Assembly (NCBI RefSeq): GCF_000150275.1
Contig: NW_002060958.1
Coordinates: forward strand, 1,196,088 to 1,260,087
DNA: 64,000 bases
Reading direction: 5' to 3'
From: Trichoplax adhaerens
Taxonomy: Eukaryota > Animalia > Placozoa
The position numbers and the translations under genes were made by a program. Every line of letters starts with the position of its first letter. Position 1 is the stretch's first letter. This document shows, in pieces, positions 1 through 14,580 of this stretch. The notes below the pieces were generated by a model. It saw nothing but the letters and a program-made list of their open reading frames with translations, searched no databases and was not told the origin of the DNA.

Positions 1-3000
1 ACTTACAACGTTTTAAGTTTTGATAAAGGCCAGAGAAACTTTAATTCTTGCAATTTATTGGTATCCAGGCGTCTAGAAATTACACAGCATTAGGACAAAT
101 TTACTTGCTGCATTAATTGCTTTATAAATTCTCCGGTTATTTAGATGAATGATAAATTATTTCAATGGTTGATTTTTAATAGCCAAGCAGCAAGTCAAAA
201 TATCACAACAAATTGATATACGAAAAAATAGATAATATAACTAGCAAATTTATAACATCAATAGGAATGAAAACAAGAAATATTGGTTAATTACAGAGAT
301 TCAAGCTGAGAAGTAATTGAAAATGTTTCGGAGCCAATAGTTTGTAGACCATTCCCTGATAAGATTCTGTCGGATCAATTAAATGATATCTTAAGTTTAG
401 TTGACAATTTTCAATTTTATTTTAAGATGTAAGCGTAAGCTAAAATTTGACCATGATAGTAGGAAATGGTTTAGACTAGTATATTATTAATATTTTTCTG
501 TTTTAGCATTGTGCGGTCATAGAGTTGACAGCTTACATATTTTGCAGTCGATTTGGATATTGTAATGTTTTTAAAAAGTCTTGATTAATTCTTTCATATC
601 GATTTCCTGTCAGATCACTTTTATGATAAATACTAGATTAGCTTGTAGATCGCTGACCTGTATAATAGCTTTGTAATTTAATAAATAATCTAAAGTATAT
701 AATTAAATCCTCCGCTCAAAACAAAAATTCTCACAGTTTAGTTAAAGATTTCAGTTCAGAATAATTGGAACGTTGGATATCATGGAATTTATTGTAAGAT
801 AAATTCCTGAAATATGACCGCATTAATGATGGAAAAGGTAAAATAAAGTTAGCAACTTAGACATACTGAATTGGATATAAAGAAAATGTTAATTTATGGC
901 CAATTATTTAACATCAAAGGCGAACCATTAATAATTTCATTTTACAGGATAGCTGCCATTACTCAATAGCGACTGTTGTAGGAATATACTAGTTCCAATA
1001 TTGTCTGCTGAACTCACAGTGTTTTGGAATCGTAAAATTTAAACTCTGGCATTTCCTTCATTGAATTACTGGAAAAATCTCTGATAAAATCATTATCGTT
1101 AGTCACTTGTAATAGATTTAGAGATATTAATGATAATTTATAAAGAATTATGATCATATCCATTCCATTTGATTGAGTATGAATGTTCATTAATTGCTAA
1201 TATCCACAAAATCCTAATCCAAAGGATAACTTTCTAACATTTTTTACATTATTTGCGGCTTAACTTACAAAATGTTGACTACGATACTTCTATTAACAAA
1301 ATTAAACTGCTTAATTTGACTGATTTGAATGTTCGATAATCCCCTAAACATATTTCGTAAAGATAATCGTTAATCTTACTGAATAGATACAAAAACATTT
1401 AAAGATATGCAATTAAAGACCATGCCTTACAATGCATTTAGTGATGCGCTTAGAGGTAAATTTAGTCCTGGTAGATCTTTTAACGGATTGCCGCTTAATT
1501 TCCTAAGATAAAGAAAGTTTTTACACGATTTTATAAAACCATAAACCAAAAAACAACGTGCATAGCATTTATTGATTGCTAAAAGTAATTTAAATCTTGA
1601 TCCTTATTATTGCTATGATAAGAAAATCCTAGTAGATGATAGCCTACAGAGATTTTAGTGTCGATAAACCGGAAAAGGCAAAAGGCTGAATGACTGAAAT
1701 CTTGTTTGTTATAATTGATCTAGTTCAGTAAAAGAAAAGCTGGAATTAAACAGAATTAGCAGTAATTACCAGTAAATGAAAATGAAATGAAATCGATATG
1801 ACACAGACTAAATAAAAAAAAATAAAAGCTGAAGCATAAAACTGTAAGATCTACAGTAGCGATTACTAATCACAAAGCGTCTAAAATGCTCTAGAAGTAA
1901 GGTATTATGAATAGCATTATAAATAAGCGAAATTATTTAATTTTAGTATTAGCTTGAAACATACAATTCTTCTAGATTCTTTAGACCTTGAAAACTATAG
2001 TTTTCGATTCTTTGGATACGATTCTCATCTAAAGTTCTATAATTTTAATGTGTTGATGTTATGGCTCTACATAGGTAAATTATATTTTAGCACAGGACAC
2101 TAATTTACGTATTGTTACTTCAAACATTATGCTTTAATTTTTGTAAATTCTACCTAAGCATACAATTTGAGAGAATAAGATTGAATGAGATATTTTGTGT
2201 TAAGAATTTTTACTGTAAATATTTACTAGTGGATTACTCGCACATAGTTAGAATAAAATAATGAAACAATTTTGGTCAGCAACTTCTTGGTTATCCTTCA
2301 AGACTCACACTATGTCTAATAAATATCAAATTCAATTAATTTCTCTAGCTACAGTTCCGACTAAATGTAATTTTACAATATACCAAAATATGAATTATTA
2401 AACATTTAAATTATCATTTATATCAACTTGATTTATATTTTCGTGGATTATCAGCTATCTTAATAGCTTGCATTAGCATTTGTCGAATTGTACTGAATTG
2501 CAGGTGTATATTTGTGGTGCAGCCCAAATATAGCTTAGATTATGATCCAAGATGGTACAAGAATAATTAAATTGCACTTTAGAGTGTAAGATTATTTTAA
2601 ATGTCTTTTTGTAGAAGGCATTTACAGTACGTATTGCAGCGATTATATTGAGATATATATATGAGGATGTAAGATTTAAATAGATTTACGCTAAGTATGT
2701 TAGTACTGTAAAATATGCATTGTGACGCTTTAAATAAGCGAGCGAATTATGAATAGATCGCGCGATGGTAAATTTAGATCTTATCTTGCGTCTTTATAGG
2801 TAAGACATGATTGTGTAGCTGAAAAGTATTCCATAACTAATTGTAGATAAATCGTAAATTTTTCTGTAATAATTTAGATTGACAAAATGTTAGATAGTCA
2901 GGTAGTCCTTGGTAGAGGTTAGACGAGCCTAACTTATGTAATAAAGTGAAATTTACAAGAAACTGTAGTTCTTGATTTATTGCTTGGAGATCAGTTTATC

Positions 3001-6000
3001 ACTATATTTTAAAGTCCTCACTTTATAGCAGCATTTATCAGTAATATACATGTATGAATATGCCACTGTAAGTGCGATTTATGATGCTTATTTTTACTCA
3101 GTTTGTAAGGAATTTTTGTAACAAAACATGTAGAAGTTATAGGATAGATTAAATTACGAACAGAGATTTGAGAGAGGTCAAGTTGTAGATGAAAGTTAGA
3201 TTCGATATCCTGTTATCCGTTAGATCCCTGGACACGTTTCGAAAGAAATAGAATCAGCTAAAATAATGCGACATTAATAGGAGAAGCCAATAAAGTAATA
3301 GTAAGCTATTGCTGAATTGTAAATTTCAAATTACAAGGTTTGTAAAGATAACAAGTCTTGTAAAGCGCCTTTGGAAATATTTTCAATCTTGTTTGATTGC
3401 AAATGTCTAGTCAAAATTAGAGAAATTAAAACGCTATATAAAAATGAAATTTTAATAATTATTAGTCGTTGTCTAGAGAGTAATAAGAGCGAAAATTAAT
3501 AAAGTCTAGCTAAACAATTAAACAATCTTGAAAATACAACATATCATATCTAGTAATGAGGATTTTGTAGTAATAGAATTGATGCATGTAGAATCATGCA
3601 TTAGAAACTTCATTAGCGTATACGTACAATTTTGTCAATTTAGTTGTATTGGTAAATGAACCAGATTGAATGCTATTAATGAGATTAACATCTAATTTCC
3701 TTAAAAAAAATAATATTATTAAAAACGTATTCCTATAAGAGATTATAGCAATAGATATATCGAGTTGACACAAGTTAGAGCAGGTAAGATTACAGTAAGT
3801 ACAACAAAGTATATGAAAATATTTAGTGCAGTCTTTGAAGCAGACAATGCTTTTGCTAGAGTTTCATTTTATGAAACTTTATATGATCTACTTTTATTTG
3901 ATGTTCTTGCTGATAGGAGTGCTGAAAATGTAATGGAATATTTTTAAAAATGAGTAAAAACTCAAGTTTGGGGAAAATTAATTGATTAATAGAATTATGG
4001 GTGCATAAGATTGATATAAGCTATGATTTTAAAGCACTGTATAAGAAAAATTCTTACTACAACATCTAAAAAAGGCAAATGCAGATTAATGCTTGATAAG
4101 AAAATTCTTTTATTAGTATCTAAACTATAACTGATGATTTGCTTCATAGCATAAAATACTAAATGACTTATAGTGTAGAAAAAGTGAATAACGATAAGAT
4201 TAAAATAAACTCTGTATTTAAATATCACGTTTAAAGATCTATATCCGTTCGAGAATACTTTAGTATATATTATTAAACTTCAAATACTTTAACTGGTTAT
4301 ATAGCTTACAACTCTGTTAGGAGTTTTAAACCAGTAAACATGCCACTATTGATATTGGAAAGGCGGTTTTGGGTTAAAGTACTAAGAATGAGTGAGAAGG
4401 TTACCAGACTTAGCATAATTCACTTCTTATATCTAAAATCAGTCCTAACAGATTTAAACTATAACATCAGTAACTCATAAATCATAATATTATCTTTAAA
4501 AATATTATAAATTGGTCACGAACAGGCTTCGCAGATTTGCACTATCTTGGAATGAATTTGTTTCAATGGTTTCTATATCATTATAGCTGGCATCTCTGAA
4601 ACAAGTTTCATTTATATTTGAATTCCGCATAAAATAGCGAAAATAAAATAGCTGTAAGGAGTTTGAAACCGACTTAGAATAACAAGCACGAGGAATAACT
4701 TTCAAGAAATTTTCTAATAAGATGTAGGTGCAAGTAATGGACTTATAGACGATATAGCTAACGTGTTCTTTCAATATAGATGAAAATATTAAACATTTTC
4801 TAGTATTTAAAGTAAATAAATCCTATTTCTAAGATTAAGGATTGGAATAGTATAGATGACTTGCAATAATGACTGAATATGTGGGAAAGAAATATTGGAT
4901 AGTTCGGCCGAGACATGCAATGCAATATATTTATATTATATTCGAATGTAGCGCTGTAGACTTACATATTTCGAACAGCACTTAAACAAGATAGCGTTCC
5001 ACTTTGGATGATTTTTATGCTACTACTTCTGAATTCTCTGTAAGAACAGTAAGACAGATCGTGTTTTAAAATTAATTAGGTATCGCAAGAGAAGAAATTT
5101 GTGCTAAATAATATTATCGATGCATATCTATAGTAAGCTTATGTGTTATAGTTTTACTTCCACGACATAAATAAGCGTTTGAATTCAATATTTTAACGAC
5201 ATCTGTTAAGGAATCAATCTCTTACAAATAGTTTAGCTTAGGCATTCCACAAAATGCTCTTTCTTTAATCGTTTGGAGACTATTCATATTTAGGTCCCTG
5301 TAATTTATACATAGAATTAAATATCTTCTCTTTGTAGCAAGATATCCATAGAGATGGATAAAAAGCTTTTAATTTAAATAAAGTGAGAACATTACTATTC
5401 TTTGCTAAAAACGAGATATGATATCGATAATCATTCTATTATAATATTTTTGATCGAATTTCAAAAAATAATAGTCAAAGTCTTAAGTCGATACTTACAT
5501 AAAGGTTACCCTAGCTAAGCATGCCAAGGTCAAGTTGGAGAGCTGAGCTAAGTTGTTGGCGTCTAATGATCTGATATCAGGCAGTATAATGAAATGTGGT
5601 ATAGGCGAATTTTGTAGTCAGTTTGATAATAAAGATACAAAGAATCGGTGTATGGAACTGATATTAGAATGAGAAATAAATCGACAAAGCTTACAGTGAT
5701 GCAAGATTGGGTAATTGACAAAATGTCAACGGCTCTATAAAATTGATTAAGTTCTTGCCTAGGTCTCTGGGTGCATATGATATATATATAAGATGAATTA
5801 TTTTGTGAGATTTATAGAAAGTCAGAGGTAAATTGATAACTAATAAATTTTTTATTTTATCACAAATTAGCTCTTCGGCAAGATACTGCAAAAGCTAAAT
5901 CTATAAATTGCCTCTTCGGAATACGTATTAGAGCACTAAAATCTATTTAATAAACACTCAAGGATACTTATTCCTAATTCTACAGATCTTCAGTATTTTT

Positions 6001-9000
6001 TACACCTTTAACTTCACGTTAACTACTTAACTTGAATTTTACTTAGAACTAATTTTACGATACAAAATGGCGGGTTTGATTGCCTTTTTATAGGAGCTAG
6101 AAGTTATCAATAATATCAGTAGCTCCTGTAAATCAGGTAGTAAATTTATATCCAAATGCTTAATTAATAAGCAGTTTAAGGACAGCTATCCGATGTTTAA
6201 CATAAAACAGTTAGTTTACAATATACTCATTCACAGAATTAATCAAGTCAGAGTACATAATCTACTGTGAAGTAGTTATAAATTATATTATTCCCTCCAG
6301 GACTAAAAGCTTTAGGTTGATTAATCGCATATGATCGATTTATAATTAAAGAAAACACTTTGATATATCTGTTGGATCAAAAAGCAATAGAAAAAAGCAT
6401 TTACTGGCCTTCTTTACTTACAAAAAGGTAATCTTATTGAGGCCAGTAAGATCGCTCTTCCGCAACTTTTCCAATAGATTATCCCTTAAATTTCTAAAGA
6501 ATATAACATATATATATATACATATGTTATATAATGCATAAATATCGCAATTATTTAACTTGTTACAGCCTGATATTATAAGCTAATGTTTGAATCGTAA
6601 AAATGAATGAGGATCAACGCTATAAAAATTAATATTATATCGTATTGATAAATGTTACAATATTTAAAAACTAGCTTATTTAATATCAGAAATACATGGT
6701 AATACTTTATTGGTTGGCTCATAGTTTCATTTAAAATTGGAGTTAAAGCCTCAGTCTGACGCAAGTACTGAATTACTATAGCGAATACTTAGTCATTTTA
6801 GCAACTTTTTTGTTAGTAAATCACCTTGCTTCAAAGCTTACGTGAACTCATTAGCTAGTTCTATTTGATGGACTGTTAATTTTAAATAAAATTTTTAAGT
6901 TTTCGGCTTTTATTCCGTATCGATATTGATATTATTTTACTATATTTATTGAGGACTAAACTAATTTCCCATAGAACTGCCGTAGCTTAACGTTTTGATT
7001 TGTGCCATGCTATGTTTGCTAACATTGTAGACTAAATTGCAATTTGAACGATCAATCTAATGTACTGCATTATCATAGAACAAGTTCAATTTACAAGATT
7101 TTTAGTGATCGAAGCATCTCGTAATAAATGGAACACTAGTAATCCTAGGAAGCAATTTGCATCCAGAAAGTAAAATAAAGCTATTTTGTACTATGAATCA
7201 TAAAATGCGATGGAAAAAATTAAGTAGTAATGGTTAAATTGTGATATAATTGGAATATTAGTATTAAATTGTGTTTCCTTAAGGTCATCAGTAAATAAGT
7301 CTAAAATCTATTGCAATTTTCGGAGCCATTCATAAAATGATAGCAAATATAAGTATATAATTCAAATTGCCCATTGCCCTTTATAAAATTATTATCATTG
7401 TTGAAATAGGTTATACACGTGATTACGACGTAAAATTTTTCCTTGCATAGTAATGGATAAAATTAGTGTATATATGATATCGGCGATAATACGAACAGAA
7501 AGCCTAAGTTTTGAAGATTTCTAAAGGAATTAGGTTGTATAGTCTTGATTCGATTCAATGGGAAACGCCTAAAATAATAAATATTTTGAACTAGCATTAG
7601 TAAGTAGCATGAATACGTAACCTTCTCTAATTCAAATCATGGCATTCTGATTTGCTGATAATTATAACGGTTGATCTAAAGCTTTTCATCCTTACAACGT
7701 CTTTAAGGTAGTTAGGCAGCTAAAAGTATCATTTACGATAGACGTAAAATCGTTTCCTTCTAAATCCCTACGATAAGATTTATTAATTGGATCCAACAAA
7801 ATTTTATTAAGAAACAATATGAAATTAAATTGAATTTTGGCCAGTGAAAGTAGAATTTTCCATACAAGGTTGTTAGAGCTGTCAAATTACATATGGCACT
7901 TTTTTTAATTGCTGCTAACTTATTAAATTTCAATCGCCTGCGTAGAGTAGAATATAACAGAAGCCTTTTACACATCATTGATGACAGTTATGGATATTAA
8001 ACAAGATAATCTTTTGAATGTAGGTTTATGTAATGCAAAATTTAAAAATAATTACAATTTCAGAATGATAAGGCTATAGTTGTAATGATAGGTAAATAAT
8101 TCATTCATTAAATTTTTAAAAGCTGAGATTTCTATGAGCGTTGTAAATTGATGAAAGCTATTTATTTTAATTTTATCATCTAAATGTTATCTTTACATCT
8201 GCATATATTCACAAGAGACTTACAGTGACTTTAATGGTGAATCAGTACCGAAATAATTTTGATTGAAAGTGGTAAGCTGGTTTTGAGATAGGGACCTTAC
8301 ATAGTAAATATTGTTTATGAGTTAAAGTGTAATCATGAAATCAGCAGCAGCAGATTTTATTAAGGATTATCAATATTGTCTATGACTCTTTACGTTGTAG
8401 TTAATATTCATCAAGTAATTTAATTAATTTGCTAGTATTACTTACAATGTAGATAACGAAGACAGATACTGAAATGAATTAGGAGCAATATAATCTATCA
8501 GATTATAAGCCAAATCCCTGCGTAGAACGATTTTATAATCAGTACATAATGCTTCCAGGTTGAATGTGTGATTGTTTTACTTCAATTTTAATTTGGCCAT
8601 ATTTTGGTAAGGGGTAAACTATTTGTAATGCTGTTATATATTACATCTGTACATATTATCGACTGCTCGTATATTTTTACAAAATACAAACATGTTTTGA
8701 AAATGTTACATGAATTTGACACTTATAATTTAGAGTATAGTAAATGCTTAACAGCTACTATACTGACTTATATTTTTACCAGAAATTTTTCATTACTATT
8801 GCAAATATGATAATAATAAAGTTCAGTAAATCTAGATAAAGGTTTGCTATACATAGTTTAAAATGATTTAAATTCTGATAACACTAATTAATTGGGTTCT
8901 AATTTAGAAAAATCTCTTTGTATTGGCATATATACCTGTCACAAACTTATGTTGCGAACTACTACACTAAACTACTAGATTACTTATGACTTGCTCCACT

Positions 9001-9967
9001 AATCTTGGAGATCTACTGTATGGTAGTTCTTTACTACTTTCTGTCACACATGAAGTACGGTGCTTTGCTCCGTAACAATACCACTACATATACTGTATGC
9101 ATATGTCGAAATACGACAATTATAACCAGTTTAGAATAAACTGTACTCTAACACTTATAAGCAATAATTGGAATAGCTATAAATTAGAGAGATCTCTCAT
9201 TGAAATAATTCGAAATAATATTACATAAAACTGTTCAGACTCTAAATGTAGCATTCATTGAGTAATAAATTATCACAGTAAAGTACTTTCAAATCAATGC
9301 TGAAATCTTAACTACTGAATTATATATCGTACGATTACACAAATTATATGCAGGTAGCTATCGTTTATGATCAACTTGAGGACTTACAGATTTTTTAGAT
9401 TTGTTAGACATTCGAATGTATCGTTTTTAATTTCTTTTATTTTGTTTCCGAATAAGACTCTTCAGAAAAATCACTGTTAAATTTCGGCTGTCATTATATA
9501 GCAATTAAGTAATTTAACTATGATCATACTTACAATCTCTGCAATTTGTTTAAGCCACAAAATAAGTCTTTTGAGATTTTTTCAATGCTATTGAAGTCCA
9601 GTTTTCTATAATAAATCGAAAGTTATCTCTAAAATGTTCTTTTACATACTGTGGCTAAAAATCTTTATGAAAATTGCGATCACAATAAATTTCTAACATG
9701 ACTTCAAATTTCGCATAAATTCCAAGCTATTAAATTCAAGCATATTTAAGTGCCTGATAGGTGAAATGAAAAAGTCTATCGCTTCCAAAAGCTAGTTTTA
9801 AGAACGTTTCATAAAAGCTTTACTTTTAATTAAATTACCGTATGATAATTTATGCAATATATGATTATATAGCTACAAGTAAAGGCTTAAATGCAGTAAA
9901 AATGTAATTCTTAATATTAAAACTTAAATTATTTATAAACTCATAAATTTAGATAACCGAACATCAA

Positions 9968-10017
9968 NNNNNNNNNNNNNNNNNNNNNNNNNNNNNNNNN
10001 NNNNNNNNNNNNNNNNN
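9968..10017. other. Assembly gap (50 N)
   Basis: Run of N in the sequence. Confidence 0.99.
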
Positions 10018-10959
10018 CTTATCCAATAATTATACCTTAAGCTCCTATTTTGAGAATTTTCAAACAAATACTTATCTTGCAGTGTAAATTTAGCCTATAG
10101 TATTATTTATATCATTTTGTTGATTAATATCAGATCCTAAATCAAAATGGACAACACTAAACTTACAGGTCATATAGTCGAATCAGCTTGCAGAATGCAT
10201 TAGGTTCGATGGAAGAGATGACATTTCTTGAAAAGTCACTAAATAAGTTGTTTAAAATTAGTTTTCAATGCAAACATATATATTAATATTCTATCCAAAG
10301 CTATCAGTTTTCATTCAGTTTTGCATTCCACAGAAATATACAATATTATGAAATTAAGTACTTTTCTATATGCTCAAAAGCTATAAATGCTTCAAATGGA
10401 TAGAATAGTTTCATTTATCATGAACAAATTTAAAGAAAATTGCATAAACTTACATCTCTCTGACGTTGGGATATAAGCTGAAATTGCTAGCAGCAATAAA
10501 GGTAAGGTCCGACTTGGTAATTGAACTAGAATAATGTATAGGCTAGTTATGGCTTATTTGCCTATTTTAAATCCTGCAATTTGCTCAAGCTATACATTAA
10601 ATATGTTTTTCGAAGCTGAATTCTCCTTATTGATAAAAATGATAAACTATTGAAAATTTTAATACACCTTAATTTCAGAAATGTATTTTAAACTTAATTT
10701 TCAACTTAATAGAACTATATATATATATATGATATATACGGTACTTTATTGACAGCCTGCTATAGTTTGCATCAAACTTTTCAAGAGTATGAATTAATGT
10801 ATTTATGCAATGTTCATTCCACAACAGTAACTACTAATTGCTATGGCTTAGGCAAGTTACTACATAATTACTATAAGAGTACCTGTTACGGTAAAATTGA
10901 ACGTACTAATTAAATATGCGCTTACATAGTTCGCAGATAGGGCGCTGTATTATTTCTGA

Positions 10960-11222
10960 NNNNNNNNNNNNNNNNNNNNNNNNNNNNNNNNNNNNNNNNN
11001 NNNNNNNNNNNNNNNNNNNNNNNNNNNNNNNNNNNNNNNNNNNNNNNNNNNNNNNNNNNNNNNNNNNNNNNNNNNNNNNNNNNNNNNNNNNNNNNNNNNN
11101 NNNNNNNNNNNNNNNNNNNNNNNNNNNNNNNNNNNNNNNNNNNNNNNNNNNNNNNNNNNNNNNNNNNNNNNNNNNNNNNNNNNNNNNNNNNNNNNNNNNN
11201 NNNNNNNNNNNNNNNNNNNNNN
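10960..11222. other. Assembly gap (263 N)
   Basis: Run of N; the X-filled ORFs in the track are artefacts of it. Confidence 0.99.
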
Positions 11223-14200
11223 ACTAGACAATTGAGAACTGCTTTATTCACTATCTGACGGGCTTATATACCCTTCTACAGCAGTTAACATTCACGAGTC
11301 ATCTTATAAAAATACTTAGGTGAGAACATCTACTAACTAATTTTTCACAGTCAGACTACAATATGTCCATTCACAGAATCATTTCAGTGCACATTACAGC
11401 ACAGCATTAAATTTACTGTAACACATTTATTATTAGAGTAATTCCTACTGTAAGTAACTAGTTGTAATATATTATCACTATATTATATTAACCAAATTTA
11501 GATGGCTATTTCTTCACGGTAGTTCGTACCGTGACAAGGTGTAATAGATATTGTGACCTATTAATGCTAAACTTGATAGAAACTATCAATTCGCATGTTA
11601 TAATGTCTTGGATGTGATTGCAAGCTTGATATTTTGATCTGAAATGTTGACGAGAGAGGTTGGAAAAAAAGGCTAACGTCAAAGTACCTGTTTACATGTT
11701 TATTAATGTATTAATGTTATAAAACCCAAATTAAGGCCAGGGATGATATTTTTTATGCGAAGATGATACTCTCTATTATGAGATCTTTTTAGGAAATAAA
11801 GAGACGAATCGCTCTAAAATAGAATTAGAACTTTATGTAAGATTGCTATAGAAGGAAGATTGCCCTACGATTTGTTTCAACTCTATTTTTACAGTACTGG
11901 ATAATGATAAGTACGGTACTATCTAGTGTCACGAAAGTAATCTTCGTGACATATACTTTATTTCTATTTTACGTTCTATACATGTTTATATCTCAGAAAA
12001 TGTTTAATGGTCTCCTTAGTTGTAACTATGGTAGTTAACAGTTGATATCCTTAATTTAGCATCAGATAGACTAAAATAGTAATTGCCAACCAGTAAAACC
12101 AGGTTGTATTTATCACCTCCAAGGTTGTTCAGTTCAAGAACAATTCTAAATTCTTCCATTTCACACGAGTATTACTAATGATGATAAAACTTTCTCAAAT
12201 CTATGATGTAATACTAGTAAATAAATAACCACGCAGCAATAACTTATGTCGAGATACATTTTGCTTTACTAAGGCCAAGGTTATTATACAATTATGTTAT
12301 TTATTTGTAGTATGCATCCCATATTGCCCTGACTGGCAGACTTTTTCATACATATGTACGAAATTTACGATAAGTTTAATAAATAAAAATACGTAATGAT
12401 CTACAAATTAAAGGTTGTTTTAAACAACTTTATCTTTAATTTACCAAATGGATTATTTTGAAAGTGATCTTTATGTTTATCGAAGGATTACTTGATCGGG
12501 ATCAATTGTTTAGTAGATGTCCGTTAAACCGATACTTGGTACTTGATGTTTTTATTATAGCAGTGTTTTTCTTGTTTGGCCCGGTACGATCACGCGATAG
12601 TGAAAATTGATACCCGGTCGATATGAAAAGATAATTTCGATCTCAAAATAAGGAGTTACTTAAGTTCACAAGCAGCAGATCTCGTATAAAATAACAATCT
12701 GATCCAATTAAATTGATTTTGAATAAGTACCGGAACTTTACATTCAGAACCTTGTTTTTTCTGTATTTTCAAGATACTATACTTGCTCTTAATTCACCGC
12801 TAGAAGGTATCATTCAAGGATATTATAGGTAACGTCGAATAACTCAGACAAATAACTGCAACTTTTCTATAATGAAAAGCCTAATCAGCAGATTCGATTA
12901 CGCTCGTCTTTTGCCGTCTGTTTTATTTAGTAGACAAATTCTCATCAAATCATGACCTTTATTAGACTTATTAATAATACAGTAGTTATCTTAATTGAAT
13001 TACTGTTCATCATCAGGAACAGATGGAATAGGCACGTACAAGAATGATTTCTATTGGTCTAGCTAAAGTCTATAGAAAGGCCGAACTCAGCATATGATAT
13101 TACCAAAAAAATTAGCAGATAAACTTAACGGCAATAGTTAGTAAAATGATGGATTAGTGGAACCTTGCCACATCCCTACTAATTAGTGACACGCAATAAG
13201 CATTTAGAAAAACTATAAGGTAAATTGTGTTCTACTGCTTGCTATAGCCTTCTTTCTGTTATCGGTTGGGACCTATTTAAAATTAATTTAATACCTTTAT
13301 GGTACAAATGGAAGTTTACGGCAGTCGTAAAATTACACAACTATAACCTGGCAGGTTTTTTTTTCAACAATTTATATACTTTAGATTCTAAATATTATCA
13401 ATTTCCTATCGCCAGGAGGCTAAAGAACTACTTATTTCTTTTCAAATGGAACTATAGGCCCATAATTACTTGAGGTATGAAGAAATTCTAGTTTATCGTA
13501 GCAAGTATTAAATGAAATTTCCTAGATAACAATATAAAAGCATGTAGTAATCTATTCAAATTTGTATTAAATCAAAAATAAACTTGCGGTAGCTAAATTC
13601 CAAGCTTAGCTATATGGCGATAGCGAGCTACACTTACTATGCAACAAAAGTTATTTTCTAACGGATTATATTTAGTGTATAAACTGTCTACTAATATTAT
13701 TCGAAATTATGGGCCCGAATGATCTAATGTCAGATCTCGAAGAAGGGAAATAAATCAACTGAAATTCTTATTTGATATACTACTTTGTTTCAGCTATCTC
13801 CAATACACCTCAAATCATAGAGCTAATTTATTACCACAGCAAGTCTATATTTAGATCAAGTAAACATTATATTGCCTTTTAAATATTCTCACATCCGGTC
13901 ATCATTACTGATATCGCCAACTGGAAATACTAGATACAAAAAATTTTCATTTATCAATATCTTAAATAGCCATGCGGATTGTATATAATAACATTATTGT
14001 CTTCTTACTGCATTGATTGTAATCTGTTTTATCTTTAAAGTTAGCGTACACTTTTAATTAAAAATAAATCCGAAATATTGCTGAAAAGATGATTTCAAGG
14101 TTAAAACCCCCAAATTTAAACTGCGGTTACTATAAATGAACCAAACAGAGAAAAATTATCCGGTTACTCAGTTTCCGGATAAGATAAGCGCACAATTTTA

Positions 14201-14545
14201 AGAATGATCTTACTTTTACAGTAATTTATGACTAAGAAAATAACGATCTGTTACGGAGCCATGCTCCGAAATATTAATTGCTAAGTTAATTAAAATATCT
14301 CATTTAAATTATTGTTTGCTCCAGTAGCTTATTAGATATTAATGTTTATTTATAAGTACTTATTCAATATTGTTGACATGTCGGAGCTAACACGCTTAGT
14401 CTGTAAACGTTAATTAATAACACCTTAAGTGTAAGATTAATTACTTTGCAGAGCCTTGAGGCTCTAGTTGCTATACTAGGATATGTATACTGTACAGTGT
14501 AAGCCGCTATTTCAAGAATATTCACAAGTGTACCATCGGCGAGAC

Positions 14546-14580
14546 TATATAAAGCGGAGCACTAGCTTAGCTTCTCAGTT
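14546..14580 (+). promoter_or_regulatory. Candidate Pol II core promoter (TATA box + initiator), predicted TSS ~14577
   Basis: TATATAAAG at 14546 and TCAGTT at 14575-14580. The Inr A (14577) is 31 nt downstream of the first T of the TATA box, the canonical spacing. GTAAGT donors follow at 14880 and 15417. Confidence 0.45.

Noticed and set aside
696-1000. Possible TATA plus intron (donor 838, acceptor ~947) giving a 22-aa ORF
   Set aside because: Signals are weak and common in AT-rich DNA, and the peptide is unrecognisable.
10916-11251. ORFs of 93-109 aa
   Set aside because: They span the N gap and are artefacts.
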